In this document: piece after piece, positions 24,251 through 36,437 of the stretch
Numbering within the stretch: the first letter of the stretch is position 1
How the letters are laid out: each line of letters opens with the position of its first letter
The notes under the pieces: generated by a model
What the model was told of the DNA's origin: nothing
The model's database searches: none
What the model saw: the letters and a program-made list of their open reading frames with translations, nothing else
Made by a program: the position numbers and the translations under genes
DNA from: Callorhinchus milii
Taxonomy: Eukaryota
Direction of reading: 5' to 3'
DNA length: 64,000 bases
Assembly: GCF_018977255.1 (NCBI RefSeq)
Contig: NW_024704742.1
Coordinates: 46,068,001-46,132,000, forward strand

Positions 24251-26264
24251 AAGTATCACCACAGTGTAAAGCAGTACCCGAAAATATATAAAAAGGCGTC
24301 AACTCCAAGAAAGGTAAATGAACACTGAAAAGCATTGAAGAGACCGTAAAGGATAGGATGTACCCAGCTGCAGTCATCATGCCAACAAGAATATATGGTG
24401 GAAAGAGTTCATGGAAATGCAGCACAGATAATTCCTGGTTTTAGGTAATTAAATATGAAAGGTTTTAGTGAAGCTAAATTGGAAGGATGCAAAGGCAGAA
24501 GCTTTGGCATCACAATTCTAATTATATTTAAACACAATTTACCTAAGATCAGAGCAGCTTTCACTGAAAGCAGCTTGAAATCTGTTGATCTTTCGGTCAT
24601 CTTTCCCCTCCCCATTCCCCCTGGCTCTCACCCCCAGCTCTCCATTCATCACCGTGAAATGCTTTGAGACATCCTCCCAACGTGAAAAGTACTATATAAC
24701 TGTAACTTAATTGTAAATTATATTGCATCATAGCATCACTTGGCTGATCACCATGGCTTCCAGAATGGAGCCAGTTCTGAATGAACTACAGATATTACAT
24801 CTTCCTTTACTATTTGAAGAGAGTTTCTCCCCGTATTCTGGCCAATAATCCTTCAAATAAAATTGGTCATTCACTTCAATGGCTGCTTATGGGATATTGC
24901 TGTGTGCAAATGGACTTCTGCATTCACTCACATATACACAATCCTATGAAGTGTTTTTCTGTACCTTTAAGAGTAATTAAGAAATAGAAGAATATTTTTT
25001 AGAAATACTGCAATTTTCACCCCATATTCTAAGATTTTCACCACTCTGTGATAGGCAAAAGACAAATTCTGTACATGTACGTTCACAAAAGTGCACTCGC
25101 TTACACTTAACGGGGTTTGGGATGTTGCTGATGCTTTATGTTAGTGAAGAAATGACTGTGTTGGCGATTATTTATTCATGTGAAAACTGCAAAAGAATCT
25201 ATGAAACTGCTCTGATCTCCTTAAGATTGAACTTAAATTCATAGAGACAGTGTCACACCAGATGTAGCTATAATATGGTCAGCATAAGGCCAACACAGTG
25301 TGCATCTATTTGCTCTTCGACTTCTAAAAATATTTGCTAAAATTTATGCTGCAGCCTCATCAGTTATCTCAAGCCATGTTTATACTGCAGTTACCATAGG
25401 TTATTGTAACCATAAGAGTCTAAAATACAGGAGACGAATGGTCACAGGAGTTCCTCCTATCAAAACAAAGCCAAGAAAAAGCAACATCACAGCTAAGGAT
25501 CTGTGGCATAACTCTCCCAAAAGGAATTCAGCTAATCTTGTTTATAATAACAAAAAAAACTTGATTGACAATGAAATGACCTCTGTTTTTGCTGGCAACT
25601 ATTGTTTGTCTGGTATCTCTGAAAATGTAGGGAATTATATAAACATTATATTCTTTTAATCTTTCAATGACATCAATGTCATTGAATGAAGGAAATGTTT
25701 GAGCACTTTATAGTTCAATGCAGCATTGACACAAGTTAATCTATGTTTTTCTCCTGCCCAGCTCTTCAGGGACTTTCATTCTGTTCCCATGATCATTCTC
25801 ATTTCATGTTCTGGAGATACCAAGGTATTGATTCAAAATTGTATTTTTTCAAAGCGCGGAGTTGGGTATTTCATGCTTGACAACTGGGAAACCAAAAGAA
25901 AAGAAAACAACAAAAGAAGGATGAGAACGTTCAGTGATTTGGGCAAAAAGTACTTCTAATTTACTGGCCTTCCTTGCTATTTCGCTGGTTTCTTTCAAAT
26001 AATGAACTGAGTTGACTGCACAAAGTTAAAATTCTCACAAGTAGTTAATGATAAACACAACCGATCTAACAATGATGGTTCAGTTCAATCCCACTTCCTA
26101 ACTTTTGGAGGCAATGTGATCCGATTACTGTATATCAGTGAGCTTACATCTGAAATAGAGGTGTATTACAAGTTATACTAACAGTATTACATGTTAAGGT
26201 AGGGTTAGAAGTGCAGTGGTGGTAACTGTGATTTGATGCCATTGTTGTCTCGTTCCATGATCCC

Positions 26265-26640
26265 ACCCCAAACTACCTCTGCAAACCTCCTTCAACCACA
26301 CTGACCCCACTGCTTCCTTTACTCAGCGAACACTGGCGTGGTTCATGTCCCACACCCAATTCGCCCTATTGTCGGTGGGTGGAGTTTCAGTCATTCTGTC
26401 TACACTCTCTGGAACTCCATTCCAGAGTCCCGCCGACTCTCTCCCTCTCTCCCTCCCTCCCTCCCCTGGTTGCAGACCCATCCCAACATGTATCTCTTTG
26501 ACTGCACTTTCAGTCATTTTTCCCCTCCTCAACCTGCTCAGCTCCCACATCCATCCTGAGTGTCCAGCCAGCATTGTCAAGTTTTTTCAGACATCCTCCT
26601 GACATGAAAGATGCTAAATAAATGTAAATTGCATTATATT
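26265..26640 (+). mobile_element. Old L2 3' fragment
   Basis: CTCTGGAACTCCATTCC, TTTGACTGCACTTTC and tail CATCCTCCTGACATGAAAGATGCTAAATAAATGTAA. Confidence 0.8.
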
Positions 26641-26814
26641 GTACATCTCAGCCTATGACAAAATATTGAAAATATTAAAGTAATTTTATTCTTTTCACTG
26701 TTGTACACTTCTTCATTCATTTAGGTAATCTACATATATTTGAGAAATAAGTATGGCCAGTATTAATGCTGACTTTTAATTTATGGGTTGATTCAAAAGA
26801 CTTAATTTTCAGAA

Positions 26815-27400
26815 GGCTGTCAGCCTGGCTCAATTGGTGGCACCTTATTGGTGGTGCCATCCTTCGGATGAGATGTTAAACCAAGGTCATGATTGTCTTT
26901 TCAGGTGGATGTTAAACAACAACAACAAATTACATTTATATAGCACAATTCACACTGAGAGGACATCCCAAGGCGCTGGACAGTCAGATATTTGAACCTG
27001 AGTAGGGTGTTGGGATCAGAAGGGATGGTACCGAAGGTGCAGTCAAAGAGGAGGATGTAGAGACATGCCTTGAAAGAGGCAAGGGAGGGAGCAAGGTAAA
27101 GGGAATGTGGAACGGAGTTCCAAAGGATGGGGCACAGACTGAAGGCTTGACCGTTGTTGTTGGGGTGGGCTGGGTGGGTGACTTGAATTAGGCCGGAACC
27201 TGCCTGGTAGAGATCCCATGGCACTAGAAAAGGGTGTTCTCCTGGTGTCCTGGCCAACAATCTCCAAAGTAAAATTGGTCATTCAATTTCTCTCTGTTTG
27301 GGAACATTGCTGAGCAAATTAGCTGCTGCATTAGCCTGCAAGATACGTAGTCACTTTACTGTAAAATGGTTTGAGACTTCCTCCCAATGCATAACAAACA
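26815..27400 (+). mobile_element. Deu-domain SINE interrupted by a minus-strand L2 3' fragment (about 26917-27210)
   Basis: SINE text TCAGGTGGATGTTAAA | AGATCCCATGGCACTA rejoins once the (CAA)n-tailed L2 piece is removed. Confidence 0.85.
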
Positions 27401-28519
27401 CAATTTTTTATTATTTTTATTAGTAAATATATCACAGCCAATCTTAAATATAATAATAACAACAACAAGATTACATTTGTATAGCGCCTTTCACGTTGGG
27501 AGGACGTCCCAAGGCACTGACAATAATGTTAATAATCTTTACTTTGGTCTAGTGCCTTTCATGTCTCAAAACACTCCACAGGATACACTGTAAAGTATAG
27601 TGACTGTGTGTGTTGTGGGTGAATGCAGCAACCAATTTGCATATAACATAAAAATATATTATATAATATATACATTAAGTTTTTGAGATTCCCAAATTGG
27701 AAACCACAAATAACACATTGAATCTGGTTTGAATCAGTTATCTCAAATTGGAGCTCAGCATTCTTTGTTAACATGTAATGAAACATATTAACTTAGAAAC
27801 ATATAGTGCCTTTTGTTCAGCATAGCAAGGTATTATTAAAATAACTCCAAAAGTTGACAGCAAACCAGAAAGAGAACTAGAATTTTGGATCCCTAGTATG
27901 AGTATTCATCATTGCTTCTTAGAGTGACAAAACATATGAATCTGATTTAAAATGACCTTTTGAAAAGATAGCGATATATCTTTGTTTTTTCTATAACTGG
28001 ATTCCTCAATAAGCATCTGAGTTGTGTAGTGCATTTTACATCAGGAGGACACCTAAAGACTTGACAAAGCTAGACCTTCTAGACCAGGTGTTTGACCAAA
28101 GACCTTCTTTACTGGACTTAAAGTGAAAACTGCTTCAGTGCAATCAACTTCCAGAGCATAGTTCCCTCAAGTTTAGAGGAATTCTAATAGGATTCCTTAT
28201 TTAAAATCCTGTTAAGAAATAGTGAAAATTAAGCTTAATTCTTAATTTGTTTTATTAAGTTCCATCCAACTCTCAGTAAAATTTAAAGATTGAATTCATC
28301 TGAAATGGACCAAGTAACTCAAAGGTTATTACTGTAGTGAATTATTTTAAGATCAGCAATTCTTGTCACACTGTGGCTGCTGCTGATGGCTCTGCAATTC
28401 TTCAGTTACAAATTGCAAAAGGCTGTTTCTTCCTTTAATGGGAGTGTTCTTCTTCATCACATCAGGATTGCAGCCTGCATTTTATAATCTGTGACATGCT
28501 GCTGTGTCTTTTTAAGTAT

Positions 28520-29500
28520 AATAATAATAATAAATCGTGCATTATCTAGTGTCCTTCACGCAAGTAGTGATTTGGAGTGCTGTGGTTTGACGCAACCTCG
28601 AAAAAGAGAAGAGGTGACTGAAGGCATGATCAAAGAGAAAAATGCTCAGTGTGATATGAAGATGATCAATGAGGCGGCAAGTCAGAGGGAGTGAGGCAGG
28701 GAGTTTCAGATATTCGAGGCATAGTGGTAGCGCAGCTGCCAGTGGTGGACTGGAGAGGTACGGGGACATGCAGAAGACCTGAGCCAGCTGAGCATAGGCA
28801 GCAGGTAGTGATTTGGGGTTTGAGCAGATTGGAGAGGCAGTGAGGTGTCAGGGCATAAAATGATTTGAAAGTGATCTTGAATTTGATCAATTCTGCCGAA
28901 GGACCTAGCAAGAACTGATGGGAGTACAAAGTTTGGATGGGATTGGGGGGGTGGTGGGGGTATGGAAAGCAGTTGTGTATCATTTGAACCTTGTTATTAG
29001 TGGAGCCTCGGAGACCAGCAAGGAATGTTTTGGAAAAATCAAGGCGGGATTTGACCAAAGCATGAATTAAATTTTCAGTTGCGATTGAAGTATGATAGTG
29101 GCAAAAGTGGGTAATGTGGCGAAGGTGGAGGAAGCTGGTCCTGGGGTAAGAAGGATAAATGGGGATGAAACCTGATGCCAAGGTTGGGTACAGCTTTGGT
29201 GAGTTTGAGCGATAGGCAGGAAAGGTTAAGGTTAAGGAATTACTGATGCTATTAAGGAGAGAGGGTCGAGGAAGACGGCATGGTCCACTTTGTCAATAGT
29301 AGTGGAGAGGTCCAGGAGGACAAGATGATAGCAAGAGGCTTGAGTTGCAGGGATGTAACGTTTGTAACGTTACAGAGCCTGACTCAGTGCTGTGAGCAGG
29401 GTGGAAGTCAGATTGGAGAGGCACGAGAATGGAGTGGAGGAAAGATGTGAGTGAAGTTGCGTGACAACAACGTATTCCATGCCATTAGAAAGGAAGTGCA
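28520..29500 (-). mobile_element. Old L2 fragment
   Basis: ORF 28666-29181 gives ENLIHALVKSRLDFSKTFLAGL and IKFKI, homologous to L2 ORF2 at 10569-11420. Confidence 0.8.
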
Positions 29501-30762
29501 GGTAAACAGTACTTTAGTTTAATGATTGATCTGATGAATGGCACCTTTGATACTCAGTACAGACTGGAATGTCAAATTTGCCTATGAGCTCAAAGTCCTG
29601 AGGTGTGACTGGAATCCACAACCTTCTGTTTCAAAGGAGAGCGCTACCAACTAAATTAGGCTTAACATTTTTGTGTCTTCCAACGACAAGCAGAGGGCAC
29701 CAGGAATGGACTACTTTTCTTAACTTCCCATTGCAATCTGAATTTTCATTAGTTTTCCATAGCATCAGTAATTCAGCAGGGCTCTTTGCACCTGGAAACT
29801 GATGGAAAATTATGGATGCTATGGCAAGCAATGAGAACAACAAGTCACGGTATTAAATGGAGAATTCTTGAAACAAACTTTCAGATGTTGCTTCATTTGT
29901 GTTTTTAATTGGGAACGACAGATAATCAAAAACAGCCTAGACAAATGTACAGTTACTGTTGAAAAATATTAAATATAGTGCAGCTTCTATATAACACAGT
30001 GTTTGGGAATCTACAAAATTCCAACTTGCATTATATTGTGGCACTTTGGCAGATATAAAGTGACATTGGCAATGACCTGATACAATACGATTTATCTAGT
30101 CCCTTTCTTGTTGAGGATGTCCTCAAGCTCATTCACAGTGATGGATAGGCAGCCGAGCTAGGCGGGAGAAGCCAAGGGGCAAGGGGAGGCAGAGAGTTAA
30201 GGCAAAAAGATTCAAAAATAGCAAAAAAATGCAAAAAGATTCAAAAAAAGGAGTCCTGCTTTGTGCATGCTCAGGAAAGCAGAAAGGTATGTCAATGACA
30301 ATCTAATAAACTAGAAGTAGGGCATTTGAACGCAGAAAGCCAGCTGGTGCAGGTTAATGCAAACGAGGTCCAGAGTGCAACCACAAATGCAAAGAAGCAA
30401 ATTCACTTTATCATGAAGCATGATTTAGCAGGCTGCACTGGAATCATTTCTGAAATAAAACAAATAGTACAGCTTCTGTTCTTGCCCATTTGTTTAAATG
30501 TGCAATTCAATGACACAATGATATTTAGTATTTATTACTGGAATCTCAGCTATGTCATCAGTTTTGTAATCATCTTTTTTCTACCGATTACCGCACTGAA
30601 ATTCCAATATACATTAAATGTAGCCTCTTTGGTAACGGGTGTTTGTAATGGGGAAAAATCCCTTTAGTGGCCAACATTGCTAAAGGCACTAAACTTAGTA
30701 CCAACTAGAATTTCTGCTGACAGATTCACTAAGAGGTTTAAGTTGCTGGATTTGTAAAAGGA

Positions 30763-30945
30763 ATGTGTCATGGGATCTTCAACAGGCAGAAGGGACCTTG
30801 GTTTAACGTCTCATTCAAAGGATTGCACATCTCACAATATATCACTCCCTCAGCTCTGCAATGTGGTGTTAGGCTAGACTGTGCACTAGCAATTCTAACA
30901 TGGGGCTTGAACCCACAACCTTCTGACCCAAAGGCTACCAGTTCT
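30763..30945 (-). mobile_element. Old Deu-domain SINE, 5' half; another head at about 29530-29665
   Basis: CATGGGATCTT, AACAGGCAG, GGTTTAACGTCTCAT and GGGCTTGAACCCACAACCTTCTGAC match the reverse complement of the old SINE head. Confidence 0.75.
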
Positions 30946-31636
30946 GAGTGCATCTGAAAATGCTAGATCTTAATGAGGCTCAGGAAATACGCCAAGTCCA
31001 AAACTATTTTATTCACGCTTCATGAGGCTTTTTTGACCTGAGCCCAGAATTTTCTTACTAAGCTTTCAAGGTGACTGTTCAATGGGATGTGGGTACACTA
31101 TCAATTGCAAAAAGTGAATTCAAACAAACTAAAATGCTGCTTTTGTTGGAGAGAATAAAAAGATAATGGTCTCAAGCTGTTCCAACTCAAAGGTCAAATG
31201 CACCATTGCTTAGGTATTGTAGGAATAGATGAAGAGTCATGATTCACTGTAGGAGTTTGCTTATTCATTTTGACAACGTTTGACTGAGAGATGGCAAAGC
31301 ATCTGAGATTCAGAGAGGTGTGAGCATCAGAAAGAAGTTGATTCTAAGTTACTGTGAAAAAGGGCAAATTAGCTCTCATAAAGACCAGCATTAAAATAAA
31401 GCTAATTCAGCAACTTGTGGGTCAATATAGTGTTAAGAAGTGAATATTGCATAACATTATAACTGTCAAAACTTTCTGCAAGGTTGATACGTGACCAGTT
31501 AAAACTGAGCTGGTATAATGGAAGGTTATGAGTGGACAATTGATGAAAACAGTACGGTAACCTGTGGAACTCACTGCCTGAAGTGATAGCTGAATCAAAT
31601 AATATAGAGAAATTCAGAAGAATGCTAGAGTTTCAC

Positions 31637-32005
31637 ATAATAATAATCCTTGATTTGATATAGCGCCTTATCACGTCTTTGAAATGTCTCAAAGCACTTC
31701 ACAGAATATACTGTAAAGTGTAGTGACTGTGTATTTTGTGGGCGAATTGCAGCAGCCAATTGCACACAGCATTGGCCCACAAACTGTCATGGATTGAGTG
31801 ACCAATCATTATTTTTGTTTATTTTATTGAAGAAATTATTACCCACGGAAAGCGATCTGCCAATCGACTAATTACTGAGTTCCTACTTAATCCTAGGTAA
31901 ACAGAGGCATGTGGACTAAGAAAACTTGCCCAAAGTTTCTCCCTGCCTGGGAATTGAATCCAGGTCCTCTCGTTCGCGAGGCGAGATTTCTAAACACTAA
32001 GCTCA
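31637..32005 (-). mobile_element. tRNA(Ala)-like SINE, long variant, inserted in an old CR1 3' fragment (about 31540-32130)
   Basis: (AAT)n tail, Deu 3' half, extra ~60-nt segment and tRNA-like head; flanks read CTGTGGAACTCACTGCCTG and AAACACCAGCATGGAC...GGCCTGTTTC (CR1). Confidence 0.85.
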
Positions 32006-34049
32006 GAAAATATGACGGAAAGGGGAATGGAGGGGAATAAGGAATGGTTGGAGACTCATGTGAAGTATAAACACCAGCATGGACTGGTTGTCCAAGTGGC
32101 CTGTTTCGGTGATGTACATTCTTTGTAACCTAAAACTAAATTAGTAATTGTTCCACAGCCAGGGATTTTAATGGCTATCAACTAACATTAAATTCCATCC
32201 AAGGAGCAAAATGGATAATAATAATAATCCTTGCATTTGATATAGTGCCTTATCACATCTTCAAAATGTCTCAAAGTGCTTCACAGAATATAATGTGAAG
32301 TGAATTGACTACATATTTCATATCATATATTTAAAACCTGCTGCGTGCAATCCACATGGTTTCTTTATCTTTCCTGGTGGGGAATGGGATTAAATGAATA
32401 GCACCTTCAGAGATCCAACATAAGCATGTTGGGCTCCTTTTGTGCTGCAAATTTCTATGGTTCTTTGACACTATTGTATGCATTGGATTTGGAATTATGA
32501 TATTGACCTTATGTCCCTAGATTCCATCGCATTATTCCAGGAATTTGCTGAAAACATTGAGCCAAATTTCTGTGAAAAAACCATTTCAAGTGGAAGTCAT
32601 ACATGATTTGTACCAGAAGACCACCTTGAGGAGTTAGATTGACAGAGCATTTATTTGCAACTTAATACAAGGCATGGATAAACTTACACACTTGTGCACT
32701 TTTTTAATGGTTAATTCAGGAGACACTTTGCCTGAGGGTGTAAAACAGTAAAATAAGGCATCCACTTACATATTAGAACGCATAATCTGGGCAATGAATT
32801 AACTGCATCTAAATCCCAAAGTTAAAAATAACCATAAGGATTTATTGCTACATATTTCACTGGAGGACGTTGCTATGTAATTGCAAGAACACACGACTGT
32901 GCAGCCCTCTACACAGCTGAAGACCTTCAGTTTCAGGAATTAAAGTCAGAATGGCATTGAAGTAGCCTTCAGAAAAGAAGCAGGTGATGACTATTCTGGC
33001 AGAGGAGGCAGGCTGCAGGAAACATATCAAAATGAGTAATATATTTTCATTGGTCTGAACTGAAACTTTAGCTAAAATCAGACTCATCACAGTCCAACTT
33101 TTTAATGCAGCAATAACAGTCATTGAGGGATGACTGCACAAGGTACTAATATCCATAAGCAGATGTACCTCAGCATTTATCAATCCTGGAGGCTAAGCTC
33201 AATAAAGTCACCCTGGTGTGATGATGGTTATTGTTATTATGTTCCCCCAAAAAGTTTAGATGCCTCTTTTAATAATATATTGGCTTTAATTTAAATTAAT
33301 TTGTGTTTGCTGTGGATGGTGCAATTATGAATGGACAATTGCTTTTCATTCAATCATTTGTATTTTGGTGGTGGATGATTGCGACATGTTGCACAATTAA
33401 ACTGTCCTAAATTGCCCTTACTGCTGAGCTTCTGTTTCACCAAAGTAGCTCAAATCTGTGTTTCTCAACATTAAACAAATCATTTGAACTGATCCAAAGC
33501 ATTCCACTGTTACAGAACTGCTGCTTTCTCAGAAATCAAACATCAGTTAGGCAGTTTAAGGCTTTGTTGCCTGGGTGTCACTTTGTGAAAGAGATCCGAC
33601 TGTTTTGGTTCAATTGTCTAATGAGCATCAACGACTTTTTTAAAAAATTCACTGCTGGAGCAGATACGATTTCCTCTGCTGCAAAGATGCATGAAGTATT
33701 TATGTGATTTTTTTTCTTAAAAAGTTTGGATATGGATCCAAGGACAAGTTGAAGTAATTCTCCTGTGAAGTCTTCGCTGGTGAAATAATAATTTTTATCC
33801 CCAGCACTGCCTGTTCCTCTTTGAGTGTGCACCCTAATAGAATGGAGGCTATCATTGCTCACATATAAACAGCAGAACTATTTTCACTTAAAACACATCT
33901 AGCATGTAAGCAAACAAAATATCTTATTTCTATTATGAACCATTATGCTGGTTCCCTCCCCACAATTTAGCCTGACGTGTATCTGAGGATGTATTCAGCT
34001 GCTCTGTTTTCATCTGCATTGCCACATTTATTAACAAAGCTGCAAGGTA

Positions 34050-34380
34050 TTGCATACAATACAAAGCAAATTTACATTTAATAACCCCTTTCATGTCAGG
34101 TGGATGTCCCAAGGCACTAGACAGTACTGGCTTGGCACCCAAGCTGGGAATGAGGGCCAAGGGGTTGGGGAGGGCAAAGGGGGCCGAAGGTGCAGAAGTG
34201 GGGTCTTGGGACAGACCTTGAAAGAGGTGATGGAGGGAACAAGTTGGAGGGACACTGGGAGGAGTTCCAAAGAGTGGAGGCAAATAGATTGAAAGTCTGA
34301 CTGTCAATCATGGGGCAGGTAGTTCAGGGACATGAAGCAGACTGGTGCCTGCTGAATGAAGGAAGCAACTGGATTGGTAT
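34050..34380 (-). mobile_element. L2 3' fragment
   Basis: TTTCATGTCAGGTGGATGTCCCAAGGCAC tail and GGAGTTCCAAAG region; followed by (TA)n at 34390-34434. Confidence 0.8.
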
Positions 34381-35617
34381 TTGAATAATACATATATATA
34401 TATGTATATATATATATATTATATATATATATATTGAAGCATATCTCTTGATTTACAATGGTCTTACATTGCAAATTATATGTTTTGCTTTTATATCAAG
34501 TCACAAAACTGAAGATTTCTTAGCAGCTCCATGATTTCAATGAAACCAATACACAAATAATCTGCTTGAAGACAGTTTCACATATTTAATAATTAACTTG
34601 TATTGAACAGATTTTCAAGGTAATCAGAAATAACTTTCATGAGATGATAGAAGTTTGAAAGTGTTCTCAGTACTTACAAGTAATAGTCCTCAGTCAGGCT
34701 AAACAGATTTATCACTAAAATGGGTTCATACTTTAATGGCAAATATGATCTATGAAGGTCCTTGATAAATGTCTTACTGCATATTGCTTACTGTCAATTT
34801 TGTTCCTTCACCTGGGTTTCTGTAGAATCCAATCATCATGATTAAGAGTACCCATACCAGTCTGAGAGTCTTTATGTGTCACCTACACAAGGACATTTGT
34901 GCTTGGAATGGAGCACTCTCTCCCTAAAGGGCCATACACTGCTAACCTAAATCTGGAGAGATCAGGTGCAGGTTGTTGAGAGCAAAGGATTGGGGACATG
35001 TCTTTTGGGATACTGTTGGACTTTAACCAACTAAAACTGCATAACTTGCCAATGAAAGCACAGTTTTATGAATAATCCAGATGCCATCATCTTTGTGCAC
35101 TTTGCTTTGAACCTGCCCTGGAAATCAATAAAGCGCTATACAAATGCAAGTTGTTGTTCTTGTTGTCTCGTGAATTACTTTGGAACTTCCACTCAATGTG
35201 AAAAGCGTTACACCAAATGCAAGGATTATTATTATAATAATTGTTTTGTGAGATTCCCAGACCTCTGTCCATGATCTGAGACCTCTGGCCATTATCTTTT
35301 TTTGTTCCCACCAATTCATTCCCTTGCTCATTTCTTAAACAGTTCTTGCTTTTTTAACTCAAATTTTTGATCCTAGGAAGCCATTTCAATCAATATTAAT
35401 ACTATCACCTGTACAAACCTCACTATCTTCATATTTCACAAGTGACATATGTGTGTGCAGGTATATCCTGACCATTTTTCACCTGCAACATTGACTCCAA
35501 TATTACTGGGAGGTTTTTGTTTGGCAAAATATCATTATCCTGCCAATGATCAGTCAAAAACTATGATATGTGAGATGGAAGATTAAGGCCATGTGATTTG
35601 ACGAATGTCAACCTTCA

Positions 35618-36437
35618 GAAGAAGAACAACAAAATTACATTTGCAAAGCGCCTTTCACATCGGGAGGACGTCCCAAGGAGCTGAGCAGTTGGGGGACCAG
35701 CACCCAAGCCTGTTGGGGCAGGGTTGGGGAAGGGAGGGCAAAGGAAGCTAGCAGAAGGCATGCTTGAAGGAGGCAAGGGAGGGAGTAAGATTAATGGATT
35801 GTGGGATGGAGTTCCAGAGGATGGGGGCAGAGAGGCTGAAAGCTTGGCTGGCAATGTAGGGTGGTTCAGGCGGGAGACATGGAACAGGCCAGAGCCTCCT
35901 GAGTGGAGGGAGCGGACAGGTTGATAGGGGATCAGTGAGTCAGAGATGCAGGAGGAGGCAAGGCCATGGAGAGCCTTGAAAGTGAGGATGAGGATTTTGA
36001 ATTCTTTCCTCTGAGGGATGAGGAGCCAGTGGAACTGGGCGAGCGTGGGGTGATAGCCTGGTAGGGGAGAGGACACGAGCTGCAGAGTTCTGGATGATCT
36101 GCAGCTTGTGGAAGGAAGAGTTGGGGAGGCCGACAAGGAGCGAATTTCCGTAGTCGATCCTTGAGGTGACGAATGCATGTATGAGGGTTTCGGCGGCCTG
36201 AGGGGTGAGGCAGTGCCGGAGTCGGGCAATGTTGCAGAGGTGAAGGAAGGAAGAGTGGGTCATGGCATGGTTATAGTGAAGAACTGACAGTTGAGGGTTG
36301 AACAAGATGCCCAGGTTCCTAACTGGTTTGTTGAGGTGGAGTGTGCATCTGTGGATGCTGATGCTGCCAGTGCCTGAGGTGCAGTCGTGCTGGCGCGAGC
36401 CAATCAGGAGAGCCTCAGTCTTGCTGACATTCAGCTG
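35618..36437 (-). mobile_element. L2 LINE, 5'-truncated, with a fold-back at the truncation point
   Basis: ORF 35940-36305 gives LCNIARLR, AETLIHAFVTSRIDYGNSLLVGLP and LQIIQNSAARVL; L2 tail at 35618-35685. Confidence 0.93.

Noticed and set aside
25663..25686. 11-bp perfect inverted repeat TTCAATGACAT-CA-ATGTCATTGAA
   Set aside because: Short, AT-rich and isolated; compatible with chance and too small for a pre-miRNA.
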